Shown: positions 41,982 through 51,940 of the stretch, one piece after another
Numbering within the stretch: the stretch's first letter is position 1
Layout: every line of letters starts with the position of its first letter
Assembly: GCA_036390825.1 (NCBI GenBank)
Contig: DASWBA010000116.1
Span: 37,442 to 101,441 of the forward strand
Origin: Candidatus Dormiibacterota bacterium
Lineage (GTDB): Bacteria; Chloroflexota; Dormibacteria; CF-121
Reading direction: 5' to 3'
DNA length: 64,000 bases
Program-made: the position numbers and the translations under genes
The notes under the pieces: generated by a model
Database searches by the model: none
Seen by the model: only the letters and a program-made list of their open reading frames with translations
What the model was told of the DNA's origin: nothing

Positions 41982-42034
41982 CGGAGGGAGAGGGATTCGA
42001 ACCCCCGAAGGCTTGCACCTTAGTGGTTTTCAAG
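41982..42034 (-). repeat. orphan 3' fragment of tRNA-Ser(UGA): distal att repeat of the island
   Basis: 53/53 nt identical to 47893-47945. It is followed on the tRNA strand by CCA (tgg at 41979-41981). No 5' half of a tRNA is present. Confidence 0.85.
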
Positions 42035-42379
42035 CCCGCGGCCGGGCTGTCCGCCAATGTTCGCGGACGTTCGCCAACGTCCGCGCCGTATTTCACGCTA
42101 GCACGTTTCGTCCGCCGACGTTCGCCAACGTTCGCGATAGTTCGCCGCGGTTGCCGTCACGGTAGCCGTCAAGCACGTCTTCGGTGATCACCTTCATCTG
42201 GACGAGTTCGGCGCGCGGATTGAAACTGGTGGTGCACCAGAGTCTCTCGCAGCTGAAGCGAGAGCGCAACGACGGGCAGCCCGGTGACAGCGGCATTCGC
42301 CCGCGTTAGTAAGCAGAGACCTGATTCATGGATCTGCTGAAGTGAGTTGCTCCCGAGGAAGATCGATTACCGTTGCCGC

Positions 42380-43432
42380 ATGAAGGCCTGGGCAGTTAAC
42401 GGTGTCGAGCTTCCCTTCGGAGACGAAACCCGTTCGTGGTGGATCGATGCGTCGGGATTAATCCATGACCGGCCGATCCCAGGGTGCGATCTGCTCCCGG
42501 GCCGGTATGTGCTGTCCGGCCTTGTTGATGCTCATGCCCACCCTGCTATCGGTGCAGGGCCGGCCGCTCCGATGCCTCTGGATAGAAGCGCCGCTCGGAC
42601 GAACCTGATTGCGTGGGCTCAGACCGGAATCACCTTGGTCAGGGACGTCGGCTCTCCGCGAGGCGTGTCCCTCGAACTTGAGTGGGAACCCGGCATGCCC
42701 ATGCTTCAGGCGGCCGGCCGGTTCCTGGCTCCCGCAGGCCGCTACTTCCCGGAGATACTCGGTTTACCGGTGAGCGAGGCCGACCTCGTCAGCGCTGCCC
42801 TCGGCGAGATTGGCAGGGGCGCGACGTGGGTCAAGGTGATCGCTGACTTTCCGGACCTGGCTGCCGGAACTGACGCCGAGGCTACATACCCCATCGATTC
42901 CATCGCTCAGCTCACCGCCGCGGTGCACAAGGCCGGCGGCCGGGTGGCAGCGCACTCGACACTGCCGACCGCGCGTCAGCTCATCACCGTGGGTGTCGAC
43001 TCGATCGAGCACGGATTCGGGCTGGACGAAACCGCCGTCAGGGATATGGCGCGCCGCGGAACGGCGTGGACGCCCACAATCGGCGCCCTGCTCGCCCTGC
43101 TGGACGCTCCTCACCTGCCGCCCGGCCGCCGCCAGAGCCTGCAGGAAGGCCGCGAACGGCTCGCCGAGCTCCTGCCGCTTGCCGCCGGGCTCGGTGTGCC
43201 GGTGTTGGCCGGCACTGACGTCACGGGTTCGATTCCCGTGGAAGTGAGGCTGTTATCAGAGATGGGGCTCAAGGCGACAGACGCCCTCGCGACAGCCAGT
43301 GTCTGGCCCCGCCGGTTCTTCGGCACCGCACCAACCGCCGACATCGTCACCTACCACCACGATCCCCGAGAGGACCCGGACCAGCTGCGGAATCCAGCAG
43401 CCGTCGTGGTCGGCGCAACCAGGCTGCGATGA
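42380..43432 (+). CDS. amidohydrolase family metal-dependent hydrolase
   Basis: GLVDAHAHP (HxH), VKVIADF, AAHS, SIEHG, AGTD. About 350 aa. Confidence 0.7.
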   Translation: MKAWAVNGVELPFGDETRSWWIDASGLIHDRPIPGCDLLPGRYVLSGLVDAHAHPAIGAGPAAPMPLDRSAARTNLIAWAQTGITLVRDVGSPRGVSLELEWEPGMPMLQAAGRFLAPAGRYFPEILGLPVSEADLVSAALGEIGRGATWVKVIADFPDLAAGTDAEATYPIDSIAQLTAAVHKAGGRVAAHSTLPTARQLITVGVDSIEHGFGLDETAVRDMARRGTAWTPTIGALLALLDAPHLPPGRRQSLQEGRERLAELLPLAAGLGVPVLAGTDVTGSIPVEVRLLSEMGLKATDALATASVWPRRFFGTAPTADIVTYHHDPREDPDQLRNPAAVVVGATRLR

Positions 43433-43516
43433 ACGAGCAACTGAGGCCGATCCCGTCTCGGAGTTATTCTTGCGACGCGACGATGGAAAAGGTGGTCGAC
43501 CTGGGCGACCGCGCCG

Positions 43517-43825
43517 GTGCTGTTGATCGGGATGCGTCAAACCCCCGTCGGATACGCCGACCTCGGCGCAACCGGGATGACGGCCGCCGAGAGCTTCAAC
43601 ATCCTATTCACCGCCGTGCCAAGTAGTGCGACGCTCCGACACATCTGGCGTGTCGTTTACGGGCCGGACTATCCGGAAGAGGCTGATCCGTTCAGTTTCG
43701 TGACCGTGACCGATCTCCATCGGATCGCCGGAGAACTGGGGGTTGGGTGGGGGCAAACCGTGCTCGATCTGGCCTGCGGGCCGCGGCGGCCCTGGGCTTT
43801 GGATCGCTGCCCTTTCGAGAGCTGA
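43517..43825 (+). pseudogene. truncated class I SAM-dependent methyltransferase (N-terminal fragment only)
   Basis: The ORF reaches motif I (VLDLACG) and then drifts into PRRPWALDRCPFES and a stop. Nothing after motif I of the Rossmann fold is encoded. Confidence 0.4.
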
Positions 43826-43916
43826 CGGTGCTCTTGACAACTGAGCACGATTAGGTGTCCCCCCAGCGGCTGCGGCCGGCATCTACCGGATCGGGCCAAA
43901 GGCGATGGCTGGCTCG

Positions 43917-44111
43917 CTAACAGCAGCGATTGATGCTGCCGGGCGCGTATCGGTCCTCCGTCCAGCGCCGAAACCATGCCTTCTTCGAAAGGGGTTCTCC
44001 CGGATGGCCGGCCGTCCGATGGTGCTCGAGGTAGCGATCGTAGTCGGACTCCCCCGTCACATCCTGCGCGTAGCGCAGGAGCTGGCGCAGGACGTGCAGG
44101 GAAGTCCGCAT
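43917..44111 (-). CDS. YbdD/YjiX family small protein (CstA-associated)
   Basis: 64 aa: LLRYAQDVTGESDYDRYLEHHRTAGHPGEPLSKKAWFR. It starts 5 nt after the cstA stop, which is the usual cstA-ybdD pairing. Confidence 0.8.
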   Translation of the reverse strand: MRTSLHVLRQLLRYAQDVTGESDYDRYLEHHRTAGHPGEPLSKKAWFRRWTEDRYAPGSINRCC

Positions 44112-44115
44112 CGCG

Positions 44116-46155
44116 TTACGCCACCAACTGCGACTCGACCACCGGCGCCTCGCGCACCGGCTCTCGTTCCGGTGTGGTCAGGATGCGAGCCCAGCGGTAG
44201 ATAGCATCGGCGAGCACGATCAGGACCAGGGCGCCCAGGATGATGGCCAGCGTCCCGTCCAGGCGGTCGTTGAAGATGTTTGCCGCGGGGTTGACGATCG
44301 TCAGCTTGCCGGACTCGATCGCATTGGCGTGGGCGAAGAAGCCGATCCTGAGGCTCGGGTCAAAGGCCTTCTCCCAGGCCGCAGTCAGCGTAACGACCAG
44401 CAGCCAGGCCGCCGGCACCGCCGTCACCCAGATGTAGCGCAGCCTCCCCATCTTGAGGAGGATGGTAGTGGCCACGATCAAGGCGACGCCGGCCAGCAAC
44501 TGGTTGGTGGTGCCAAACAGCGGGAACAGGCTATTGATGCCGCCGAGCGGATCGACGACGACGCCCTGGTAGAGCAGGTAGCCCCAGCCGAGGCAGACCA
44601 CCGCGCTCGCGATCAGCACGCTGGGCATCCAGGACGTGCGGGCAAACGGCTTGTAGACGTTGCCGATCGTGTCTTGCAGCATGAAGCGAGCGACCCGAGT
44701 GCCCGCATCGATCGTTGTCAAGATGAAGAGCGCTTCAAACATGATCGCGAAGTGGTACCACATCGACATCAGGGCGCTTCCACCCAGGAGCCTCGAAAAG
44801 ATCGAGGCCATCCCCACAGCCAAGGTCGGGGCGCCGCCAGAACGCGAGACGATGGTCACTTCGCCGACGTTCTTGGCCAGCGTGTTGAGCTGATCGGCGG
44901 TCACCGGGAAGCCAAGCCCGCTGACCACCTTGGCCGCGTTAGCCGCCGTCTTCAGGGCCGGGATCGTGATCGAGAAGTACTCGCCCGGGATCAGCACGAT
45001 GGCGGCGATCATTGCCATCACGGCGACAAAGGACTCCATCAGCATGCCGCCGTACCCGACGAGGCGGATGTCGCTCTCCTTGCGGATCATCTTCGGGGTT
45101 GTGCCGGAGGCAACCAACGAGTGGAAACCTGACACCGCGCCGCAGGCGATGAAGATGAAGGCGAAAGGAAAGACGCCGCCGGCAAAGACCGGCCCCAACC
45201 CGGTCGACGCGAACTTGGTCAGCGCGGGCATCTGGGTGGCAGGTAGCACCAGCAGCACCCCTAGGGCGAGCAACAGAATGGTGCCGATCTTCATGAAGCT
45301 GCTGAGGTAGTCGCGCGGAGCGAGGAGCACCCATATGGGCAACACCGCCGCCACGAAGCCGTAGATGATCACGGCCCAGACCACCGCTGTGGGGGACAGG
45401 TTGAAGACCTGGCCGAACGATGTGTCGCGGATAACCCCGCCCAGCCAGATGGCGACGAAGAGCAGGCCGACCGCGATCAACGAGCCCTCGATCACCTTCC
45501 CCGGCCGGATGTTGCGCAGGTAGTAGCCGAGGCCGATGGCGATCGGGATAGTGCAGGCGATGGCGAAGACGCTCCAGGGACTGTTCTTGGTGGCGTTGAC
45601 GAAAACCAGCGCAAGCACCGCGATCAGGATGATCATGATCACGAAGACAGCGATCAAGGCCGCCGCTCCGCCGATCGGTCCGATCTCCTCGCGGGCCATC
45701 TGCCCGAGTGACTTGCCGTCGCGGCGGACCGAGGCGAAGAGAATAATCATGTCCTGCACCGCGCCCGCCAGAACGACGCCAATCATGATCCAGAGGATCC
45801 CGGGCAGGTATCCAAACTGGGCGGCCAGGATCGGTCCGACCAGCGGACCGGCGCCGGCGATGGCTGCGAAGTGGTGCCCGTACACCACGCGCCGGTCGAG
45901 CGGCACGAAGTCACGGCCGTTGTTAAGTTTCTCGGCTGGAGTGGCGCGGCTATCGTCCATTCCCAGAACCTTTTCGGCAATGAACTTGCTGTAAAAGCGA
46001 TACATGATCAAGTACAGGCAGACGGCGGCGATCACAAACCACGCGGCATTGACGTGCTCGCCGCGCCATACCGCAATAACGCCGAGGGCGAACGCGCCGA
46101 GCAAGGCGACCGGTATCCAGATGATCGGGTCGAAGCGTTTGAGCCGGGTTACCAT
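44116..46155 (-). CDS. cstA: carbon starvation protein A (pyruvate/peptide transporter family)
   Basis: 679 aa and polytopic. NNGRDFVPLDRRVVYGHHFAAIAGAGPLVGPILAAQFGYLPG is the CstA signature. A strong SD (ggaaggagg) lies upstream. Confidence 0.9.
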   Translation of the reverse strand: MVTRLKRFDPIIWIPVALLGAFALGVIAVWRGEHVNAAWFVIAAVCLYLIMYRFYSKFIAEKVLGMDDSRATPAEKLNNGRDFVPLDRRVVYGHHFAAIAGAGPLVGPILAAQFGYLPGILWIMIGVVLAGAVQDMIILFASVRRDGKSLGQMAREEIGPIGGAAALIAVFVIMIILIAVLALVFVNATKNSPWSVFAIACTIPIAIGLGYYLRNIRPGKVIEGSLIAVGLLFVAIWLGGVIRDTSFGQVFNLSPTAVVWAVIIYGFVAAVLPIWVLLAPRDYLSSFMKIGTILLLALGVLLVLPATQMPALTKFASTGLGPVFAGGVFPFAFIFIACGAVSGFHSLVASGTTPKMIRKESDIRLVGYGGMLMESFVAVMAMIAAIVLIPGEYFSITIPALKTAANAAKVVSGLGFPVTADQLNTLAKNVGEVTIVSRSGGAPTLAVGMASIFSRLLGGSALMSMWYHFAIMFEALFILTTIDAGTRVARFMLQDTIGNVYKPFARTSWMPSVLIASAVVCLGWGYLLYQGVVVDPLGGINSLFPLFGTTNQLLAGVALIVATTILLKMGRLRYIWVTAVPAAWLLVVTLTAAWEKAFDPSLRIGFFAHANAIESGKLTIVNPAANIFNDRLDGTLAIILGALVLIVLADAIYRWARILTTPEREPVREAPVVESQLVA

Positions 46156-46630
46156 CGGTACTGCCTCCTTCCTACGATTGATCGGCCGACGTCAAGGCGC
46201 GACGCATACTTGAGGGCGAGGGGATGCGTCTGGAAGTAGGGCTGCAGCGCGTGGTGGACCATGATGACGATGTCCTGATGCGTACCCCAGGCAACCAGGT
46301 CACGTCGGGGCGCAAGCCGGCGCCGGCCGGCCCAGGCGAGGGACACGCCCGCGGCGACGCTCCATCAACAGGCGACGGCATGGTAGTCGACCACTAACGT
46401 CTGGCCGCGTTTCCCCTGCGCCAGTACCAAGACGGCGCCAGTGAAGGCTACCTCAGCCACAATTCGGAGTATAGGTAGGCTTAAGGTGTGTGTCTAGCCA
46501 TCAGCATGTGTGGGTCCGTGCCGGGTAAGCTGACGGCGGATTGCTTCCGCTGTCGTCCTGGATCCAGGTGGCCGGCGCCGTCCAGCTGGCCATTGGCCTG
46601 ACGAACCTCCTGTGGGGCGGCAAAAGTAAA

Positions 46631-47803
46631 TCACCGAGCCGACTCTAAGCGGACAGGTTCTTGCTTCTTCGCTCTTCCCCTTCCTTGGGCGAGGACAAGA
46701 TCCATGGTCTTCGCCGCCTCCCGATGAAGCGCGGGCGTGAGATGGCTGTAGGTATCCAGCGTCAACCGAATCGTGCTATGTCCGAGCAGCTCTTGGACGA
46801 TCTTCGGATGAACACTACATTCGAGCAGGATGCTCGCCACAGTGTGGCGCAAGTCGTGCACCCGGATGTGCGGCAGGCCGGCGGCCTTCAGAGCGCGAGT
46901 CAGAGCACGGTTGATCTCACCCGACTCGACCGGACCGCCGCGAAGGTTGGTAAAGACAAGGCCGCGGTCGGTCCAGTCCTTTGACTGGGCACGTCGGCCG
47001 GGTGCCCCTTGGCGATGATGGAGCAGGCTTTGCCGGGCCGCTTCCGACAAGTGGATGGTCCGCCGACTCTTGTCCGTTTTTGGCGGGGCAAAGAGTAACC
47101 CACGGCCAGGATGCCGCAACAGCGTCCGCCGGACAACCAACCTTCCGTCTACGAGGTCGATGTCGTCCCATTTGAGGCCGAGCGCCTCCCCGAGTCGCAT
47201 GTCCGTCGTGCCGAGGACGACCCAGAGCACGTGCCAGCGGCTCCCGGCGGAAGAGTCGAACAGCTGCTGAAGCTGGCACCGATTTAATGCCGTCATCTCG
47301 CGGGTCCGCGGCCGCGGCGGCGTGACGAGCTCTGACGGATTGCTCCTGATGATTCCCCAATGCATCGCCTGCTTGAGGGCTAGATGCAGCACGCAATGCG
47401 CTTGCTCCACACTCCGTGGTGAGAGCCCGGATTTCAAGAGTGAGGCGTAGGTCGAGGCGATCATCCCCGGAGTCAGCGCCCGCAATGGCACCCTGCCCAG
47501 GTACGGCACGAATCGCTGGATGTCGATCGTGTAGGCGCGTGCCGTACTTGGCCGCAGTCGAGTTGCGGTGATGGCAAGCCAGCGCGACAAAAACGTCTCC
47601 AACGACGTCGTTCCTGCACTGACTGGCAATCCTTGACCGAGCGCCCAGCGCTCCTGGGAAAGCCGATGAATCACATCCCGCCGGGTGCGCACATAGAAGG
47701 AGCGCCGGCCGCCTCCCGGAATACGAATTTGCCCCTCCCAGCGCCCGTCCGGCCGCCAGTAGACCGCCCGGTAACCGCGTCCGCGTTTGCCCATCGGTGC
47801 CAC
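46631..47803 (-). CDS. tyrosine-type site-specific integrase
   Basis: 390 aa. N-terminal SAM-like domain, then catalytic residues in TDMRLGEALGLKWDD (R), HDLRHTVASILL (HxxR) and LGHSTIRLTLDTYSHL (Y). It sits 90 nt from the tRNA 3' end. Confidence 0.9.
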   Translation of the reverse strand: MAPMGKRGRGYRAVYWRPDGRWEGQIRIPGGGRRSFYVRTRRDVIHRLSQERWALGQGLPVSAGTTSLETFLSRWLAITATRLRPSTARAYTIDIQRFVPYLGRVPLRALTPGMIASTYASLLKSGLSPRSVEQAHCVLHLALKQAMHWGIIRSNPSELVTPPRPRTREMTALNRCQLQQLFDSSAGSRWHVLWVVLGTTDMRLGEALGLKWDDIDLVDGRLVVRRTLLRHPGRGLLFAPPKTDKSRRTIHLSEAARQSLLHHRQGAPGRRAQSKDWTDRGLVFTNLRGGPVESGEINRALTRALKAAGLPHIRVHDLRHTVASILLECSVHPKIVQELLGHSTIRLTLDTYSHLTPALHREAAKTMDLVLAQGRGRAKKQEPVRLESAR

Positions 47804-47892
47804 CTCCTTGGTGGCCTCACGATCGGCGATTGCCAGTCAGGTTGCCAGTCAGACGAGAGCGGGAAGCGTCTTGGGAGACTGAAAATCAAATA

Positions 47893-47977
47893 CGGAGGGA
47901 GAGGGATTCGAACCCCCGAAGGCTTGCACCTTAGTGGTTTTCAAGACCACCGCCATCGACCACTCGGCCATCCCTCC
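47893..47977 (-). tRNA. tRNA-Ser (anticodon TGA), no encoded CCA
   Basis: GGAGGGATGGCCGAGTGGTCGATGGCGGTGGTCTTGAAAACCACTAAGGTGCAAGCCTTCGGGGGTTCGAATCCCTCTCCCTCCG. Acceptor GGAGGGA/TCCCTCC, anticodon stem GTGGT/ACCAC with loop CTTGAAA, a long variable arm, and T loop TTCGAAT. Confidence 0.85.
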
Positions 47978-48018
47978 GGCGACCATCTATGATACGGCCG
48001 GATTTTACGTAGCCTTGC

Positions 48019-49272
48019 TCACCGGATGACGTCGAGTCCGCCCATGTAGGTGCGGAGCGCCGAGGGTACCCGGATGGTGCCGTCCTCCTGCTGGTAATTC
48101 TCCAGAATCGAGACCACCGTCCGAGGGAGGGCGAGACCCGAGCCGTTCAGCGTGTGGACAAAGTCGACTTTTCCGTCCTTGCGCCGGTAGCGGATATTGG
48201 CACGCCGAGCCTGAAAGTCGTTGTAGTTCGAGCAGGACGAGACTTCCAGAAATCGTTTTTCGCCCGGCGACCAGGCTTCGAGGTCATAGGTCTTCGACTG
48301 GCCGAAGCCCATGTCGCCGGTACAAAGCAGGATCACGCGATAGGGGATCTCCAGCCGCTGCAGCACGTCCTCGGCATCCTTGACGAGCAGCTCCAGTTCC
48401 TCGTTCGACCGTTCGGGTTCGACGAACTTGACCATCTCGACCTTGTTGAACTGGTGCAGCCGGATGTAGCCGCGCGTGTCCTTGCCGGCCGCGCCGGCCT
48501 CACTGCGAAAGTTGGTCGACCAGGCGACGTGCTTGATCGGAAGCGCGGAGGCTGGGAGGATCTCCTCTCGATACATGTTGGTCACAGGGACCTCCGCCGT
48601 CGGGACGAGGAACAGATCACGCGCTTCGATGCGGAAGGCGTCGTCCTCGAACTTCGGCAGCTGGCCGGTCCCGGTCATGGAGGCGCGGTTGAGGAGAAAC
48701 GGCGGGAAGACCTCAAGGTAATCGTGCTCGCGGATGTGCAGATCGATCATGAAATTCAGCAGCGACCGCTCGAGACGCGCACCGGCTCCCTTGAGGAACA
48801 GGAAGCGCGAGGTCGCCACTTTGACCCCACGCTCGAAGTCGAAGAGGCCGAGCTGAGTACCCAGGTCGTAATGCGACTTTGGGGTGAAGGGAAATTCGCG
48901 GCCCATGCCCCACTCGCGGATCGTCGGGTTCGCGGACGCGTCCTTTCCTTCCGGAACGGACGGATCGGCAAGATTGGGGACCTCCAGCAGCAAAGCGTTG
49001 AGCCGCGCATCGATGGGCGCCAGCTTCTGTTCGAGCGCCTTGACCTCATCCTTGAGGCCGCGCATGGCGTCGATCCCCGCCTGATCCCGAGTCTTCGCCA
49101 TCGCCGCCGATCGCTTGTTCTGCTCCGCTTTCAGCTGCTCGACTTTCGTAAGCGTTTCCCGTCGTTGCGCGTCGAGCGTCAAGATCTCGTCGACCGGCGC
49201 CGTCTCGCCCTTCTTGCGCGCCCCCTCCTTGACGAGGTCCGCGTTTTCCCGAATGAAGCTAAGGCTCAGCAT
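48019..49272 (-). CDS. serS: seryl-tRNA synthetase
   Basis: [23 protein letters not shown].., an N-terminal coiled-coil arm, and class II motifs ([40 protein letters not shown]). ATG 49272 was chosen. Confidence 0.9.
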   Translation of the reverse strand: MLSLSFIRENADLVKEGARKKGETAPVDEILTLDAQRRETLTKVEQLKAEQNKRSAAMAKTRDQAGIDAMRGLKDEVKALEQKLAPIDARLNALLLEVPNLADPSVPEGKDASANPTIREWGMGREFPFTPKSHYDLGTQLGLFDFERGVKVATSRFLFLKGAGARLERSLLNFMIDLHIREHDYLEVFPPFLLNRASMTGTGQLPKFEDDAFRIEARDLFLVPTAEVPVTNMYREEILPASALPIKHVAWSTNFRSEAGAAGKDTRGYIRLHQFNKVEMVKFVEPERSNEELELLVKDAEDVLQRLEIPYRVILLCTGDMGFGQSKTYDLEAWSPGEKRFLEVSSCSNYNDFQARRANIRYRRKDGKVDFVHTLNGSGLALPRTVVSILENYQQEDGTIRVPSALRTYMGGLDVIR

Positions 49273-50752
49273 GGCGGGCCCGCAGGTGCGGAAAGAGGAT
49301 GACGTCGCGGATCGACGGTTGGTCGGTGATGATGGCGGCGAGGCGATCGATCCCCAGGCCCATGCCACCGGTGGGCGGGAACCCGTACTCGAGCGCGGTC
49401 AGGAAATCCTCGTCCATCGGATGCGTTTCCTCATCGCCGGCGGCTCGCGCCCGCGCCTGGTCGACGAAGCGGCTGCGTTGATCATCCGGGTCGTTCAGCT
49501 CGGAGAACGCATTGGCGATTTCCTCACCGGCGATGAAGAGCTCGAAGCGGTCGGTCAATCGCGGGTCGCTCGTGCGCCGCCGGGCCAGGGGCGAGACCTC
49601 GGTCGGATGGCCGAGCACGAACGTCGGCTGCACCAACGTGTCCTGCACCAGTTCCTCGAAGAGCTCGGCTACCAGTCCGCCCCAACCGAGCCCCGGCTTG
49701 GGCTCGATGTTGTACTTCTTGATCAGCCCCTCGAGCGCGGCCACGTCCGCCTTGGTGACATCCTGACCGACGACCTGGCTGACGGCCTCGACCATCTCGA
49801 TGCGTTTGAAGGGCCGGCTGAGGCTGACTTCCTGCCCCTGGTAATGGATCGTAGGCGTGCCCTTCACTCGCTCCACCAGGTGAATGGCCAGTGATTCGGT
49901 GAGCTCCATCATGCCTTCGACGTCGGTGTACGCCTGGTACAGCTCGAGCATCGTGTATTCCGGGCTGTGCCACTGATCCATGCCTTCATTGCGGAAGATG
50001 CGGCCGATCTCGTAGACGCGATCGAAGCCGCCGATGATCAATCGCTTGAGGTACAGCTCGAGGGCGATGCGCAGGTAGAGGTCCATGTCGAGGGCATTGT
50101 GGTGGGTGCGAAACGGTCGCGCCGCCGCACCGCCGGCCAGCGGCTGGAGCACCGGCGTCTCCACTTCGACGAAACCACGGCCCTTCAGGAAGGTCCGGGT
50201 CTCCTCGACCACCCGGCTGCGGGCCAGGAAAACATCCATCACCTCGGGGTTGGCGATCAGGTCCAGGTAGCGCTGCCGGTAGCGCAGCTCTTTGTCTTTC
50301 AGGCCGTGATACTTCTCAGGGAGCGGGCGCAAGGCCTTCGCCAGCAGCACGAAATCCTCGAGCTCGCAGGTGATCTCGCCTCGCTTGGTTCGAAACAGCG
50401 TGCCGTGCACGCCGATGATGTCGCCGAGGTCAAGGTCCGTGAATCGCTGGTAGGCCTCCTGCCCGAGCTTGTCGACCTTGGCCAGCAGCTGGATCCGCCC
50501 GGCGAAATCCTGGATGTGCGCGAAGGTCGCTTTGCCCATGACTCGAATGGCGACCATGCGGCCGGCCAGCGCCACGCGCTCGGTCCGCGTCTCGGCTCCC
50601 CCACTTTTTTCCGCGTGCTCATAGAGCGCCAGCGCCTCCGCCGAGCTGTGCGTGCGATCGAAGCGACTCTTATATGGCTCGATGCCCTGCGAGCGAAGCG
50701 TCGTCAGCTTCTGGCGCCGCTGCAGTTCTTGTTCGGTCCGCTCCCCTTCCAT
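49259..50752 (-). CDS. lysS: lysyl-tRNA synthetase, class II
   Basis: 497 aa: OB anticodon-binding domain ([23 protein letters not shown]), [11 protein letters not shown], and [13 protein letters not shown]. Confidence 0.95.
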   Translation of the reverse strand: MEGERTEQELQRRQKLTTLRSQGIEPYKSRFDRTHSSAEALALYEHAEKSGGAETRTERVALAGRMVAIRVMGKATFAHIQDFAGRIQLLAKVDKLGQEAYQRFTDLDLGDIIGVHGTLFRTKRGEITCELEDFVLLAKALRPLPEKYHGLKDKELRYRQRYLDLIANPEVMDVFLARSRVVEETRTFLKGRGFVEVETPVLQPLAGGAAARPFRTHHNALDMDLYLRIALELYLKRLIIGGFDRVYEIGRIFRNEGMDQWHSPEYTMLELYQAYTDVEGMMELTESLAIHLVERVKGTPTIHYQGQEVSLSRPFKRIEMVEAVSQVVGQDVTKADVAALEGLIKKYNIEPKPGLGWGGLVAELFEELVQDTLVQPTFVLGHPTEVSPLARRRTSDPRLTDRFELFIAGEEIANAFSELNDPDDQRSRFVDQARARAAGDEETHPMDEDFLTALEYGFPPTGGMGLGIDRLAAIITDQPSIRDVILFPHLRARHAEP

Positions 50753-50788
50753 TCCGCGAAAGTCTAAAGGGTCGCGGCGCTGGACCCG

Positions 50789-51940
50789 CTAGAGAACATC
50801 GAAGGCGCGGCTTTTCATCGGACGGTCGGGCCGGAATGGGTTGTCAATCGGGCGCAGCGTGCCCGTGATCGCATCGACGGCCCGCCGGCTACCGCCGATG
50901 CTGCCCATGATCCCGTGCCCGCTGTAGCCGGTATTGACCGCCAGCCCAGGGATATGCGTGGGCCCGAGCAGCGGCCGTCGATCGGGCGTGTATGTGTACT
51001 GGCCGGCTTGCAGCCACCATTGCAACCGCGACGATCTCCATACGTCGTTCCAGAAGGGGACGATGCGCGCCAGCGCGTGATCGCTGCCGGGATCGAGCAG
51101 GCCGAAGGCGAATGACGCGGAGGTCGGGACGTCGTCGACCGGCGGTTCCGCGGGAGCCGGTGCCGTCCAGAGCGCGTGCGCCCCGGCCCCGGCGGGACGC
51201 CAATGCGCCCCGGTCTCGAAGTCGATCGTCATCGGTGCGCCCGCAGGGATCTGTGGCACCTCGGGAATGATGAGCTTCTGCCGGCGGACCGTCGCCAGCG
51301 GCAGGTCGAGGCCGGCAAGCTTGCCGAGCGGCCCCGATAACGGACCGGCGGCGATCACCACCGTTTCGGCGTCGATCGTACCGTCCGTCGTGGTGACGCC
51401 GCGCACCCGGTCACCGTCGACTCGGAACCCGGTGACCGTGACGCCGGTCAAGATGCGGGCGCCACTGGCTCGGGCGAGTTCGAGGGCGAGGACGCGAGGC
51501 TCGAGCCAGCCATCGCCCTGCCGGAAGCGAGCGTTGACGATGTCCGGCGCCAGGTAGGAAAAGCGCCGCCGCGCCTCACCGCCTTCGATCAACTCGACAT
51601 CGGTCAGCCCCCAGCCCCGCTGCGCGGCGACCAGCTCGGCCTGGGCCCGAGCGCCATCCGGTGTCCTGGTGACGAAGAGGTAACCCTGGTGCCGCAGCCC
51701 GATGTCGACTCGCCGCTGCAGTTCGTCGAAGAACGCCACACTCTCCCGGATCAGCTCGACCTCTTCGACGTTGTCGAACTGCAGCCGAAACGCGCCGGTG
51801 GCGACCGGCGTGGTCAGCGTGGCCAGGGCGGGACGTTTTTCCAGGACGAGGGTCTTGAGCCCGGCGCGCTCGGCAAAGTACGCCGTGGCGCAACCGATGA
51901 TGCCCCCGCCAATGACGACGAGGTCGGCGGTGTCGGCCGC
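50789..51940 (-). CDS. FAD-dependent oxidoreductase (DAO family); start codon unresolved
   Basis: The track ORF starts at 51739 (GTG), but the same frame is open upstream and encodes the Rossmann motif ADLVVIGGGIIGCATAYFAERAGLKTLVLEK (about 51830-51925). There is no ATG/GTG/TTG before it. Confidence 0.7.
   Translation of the reverse strand, partial: AADTADLVVIGGGIIGCATAYFAERAGLKTLVLEKRPALATLTTPVATGAFRLQFDNVEEVELIRESVAFFDELQRRVDIGLRHQGYLFVTRTPDGARAQAELVAAQRGWGLTDVELIEGGEARRRFSYLAPDIVNARFRQGDGWLEPRVLALELARASGARILTGVTVTGFRVDGDRVRGVTTTDGTIDAETVVIAAGPLSGPLGKLAGLDLPLATVRRQKLIIPEVPQIPAGAPMTIDFETGAHWRPAGAGAHALWTAPAPAEPPVDDVPTSASFAFGLLDPGSDHALARIVPFWNDVWRSSRLQWWLQAGQYTYTPDRRPLLGPTHIPGLAVNTGYSGHGIMGSIGGSRRAVDAITGTLRPIDNPFRPDRPMKSRAFDVL

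Larger units (their letters stand above)
41982..47945. mobile_element. tRNA-Ser-integrated genomic island (about 6 kb) with tyrosine integrase
   Basis: 53-nt direct repeats at both ends, an integrase next to the intact tRNA, and a gene fragment plus AT-richer non-coding stretches inside. Confidence 0.75.

Noticed and set aside
41982-42034. A second tRNA-Ser gene
   Set aside because: Only the 3' 53 nt are present (anticodon loop to discriminator, plus CCA). The upstream sequence cannot form the acceptor or D arms, so it is interpreted as an att repeat.
42093-42296. 67-aa minus-strand ORF at the island edge as a possible excisionase
   Set aside because: There is no HTH or winged-helix excisionase pattern. 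The composition is Cys/Ser/Arg-rich and its 3' part is made of the GTTCGC repeats, so it is more likely non-coding recombination-site DNA.
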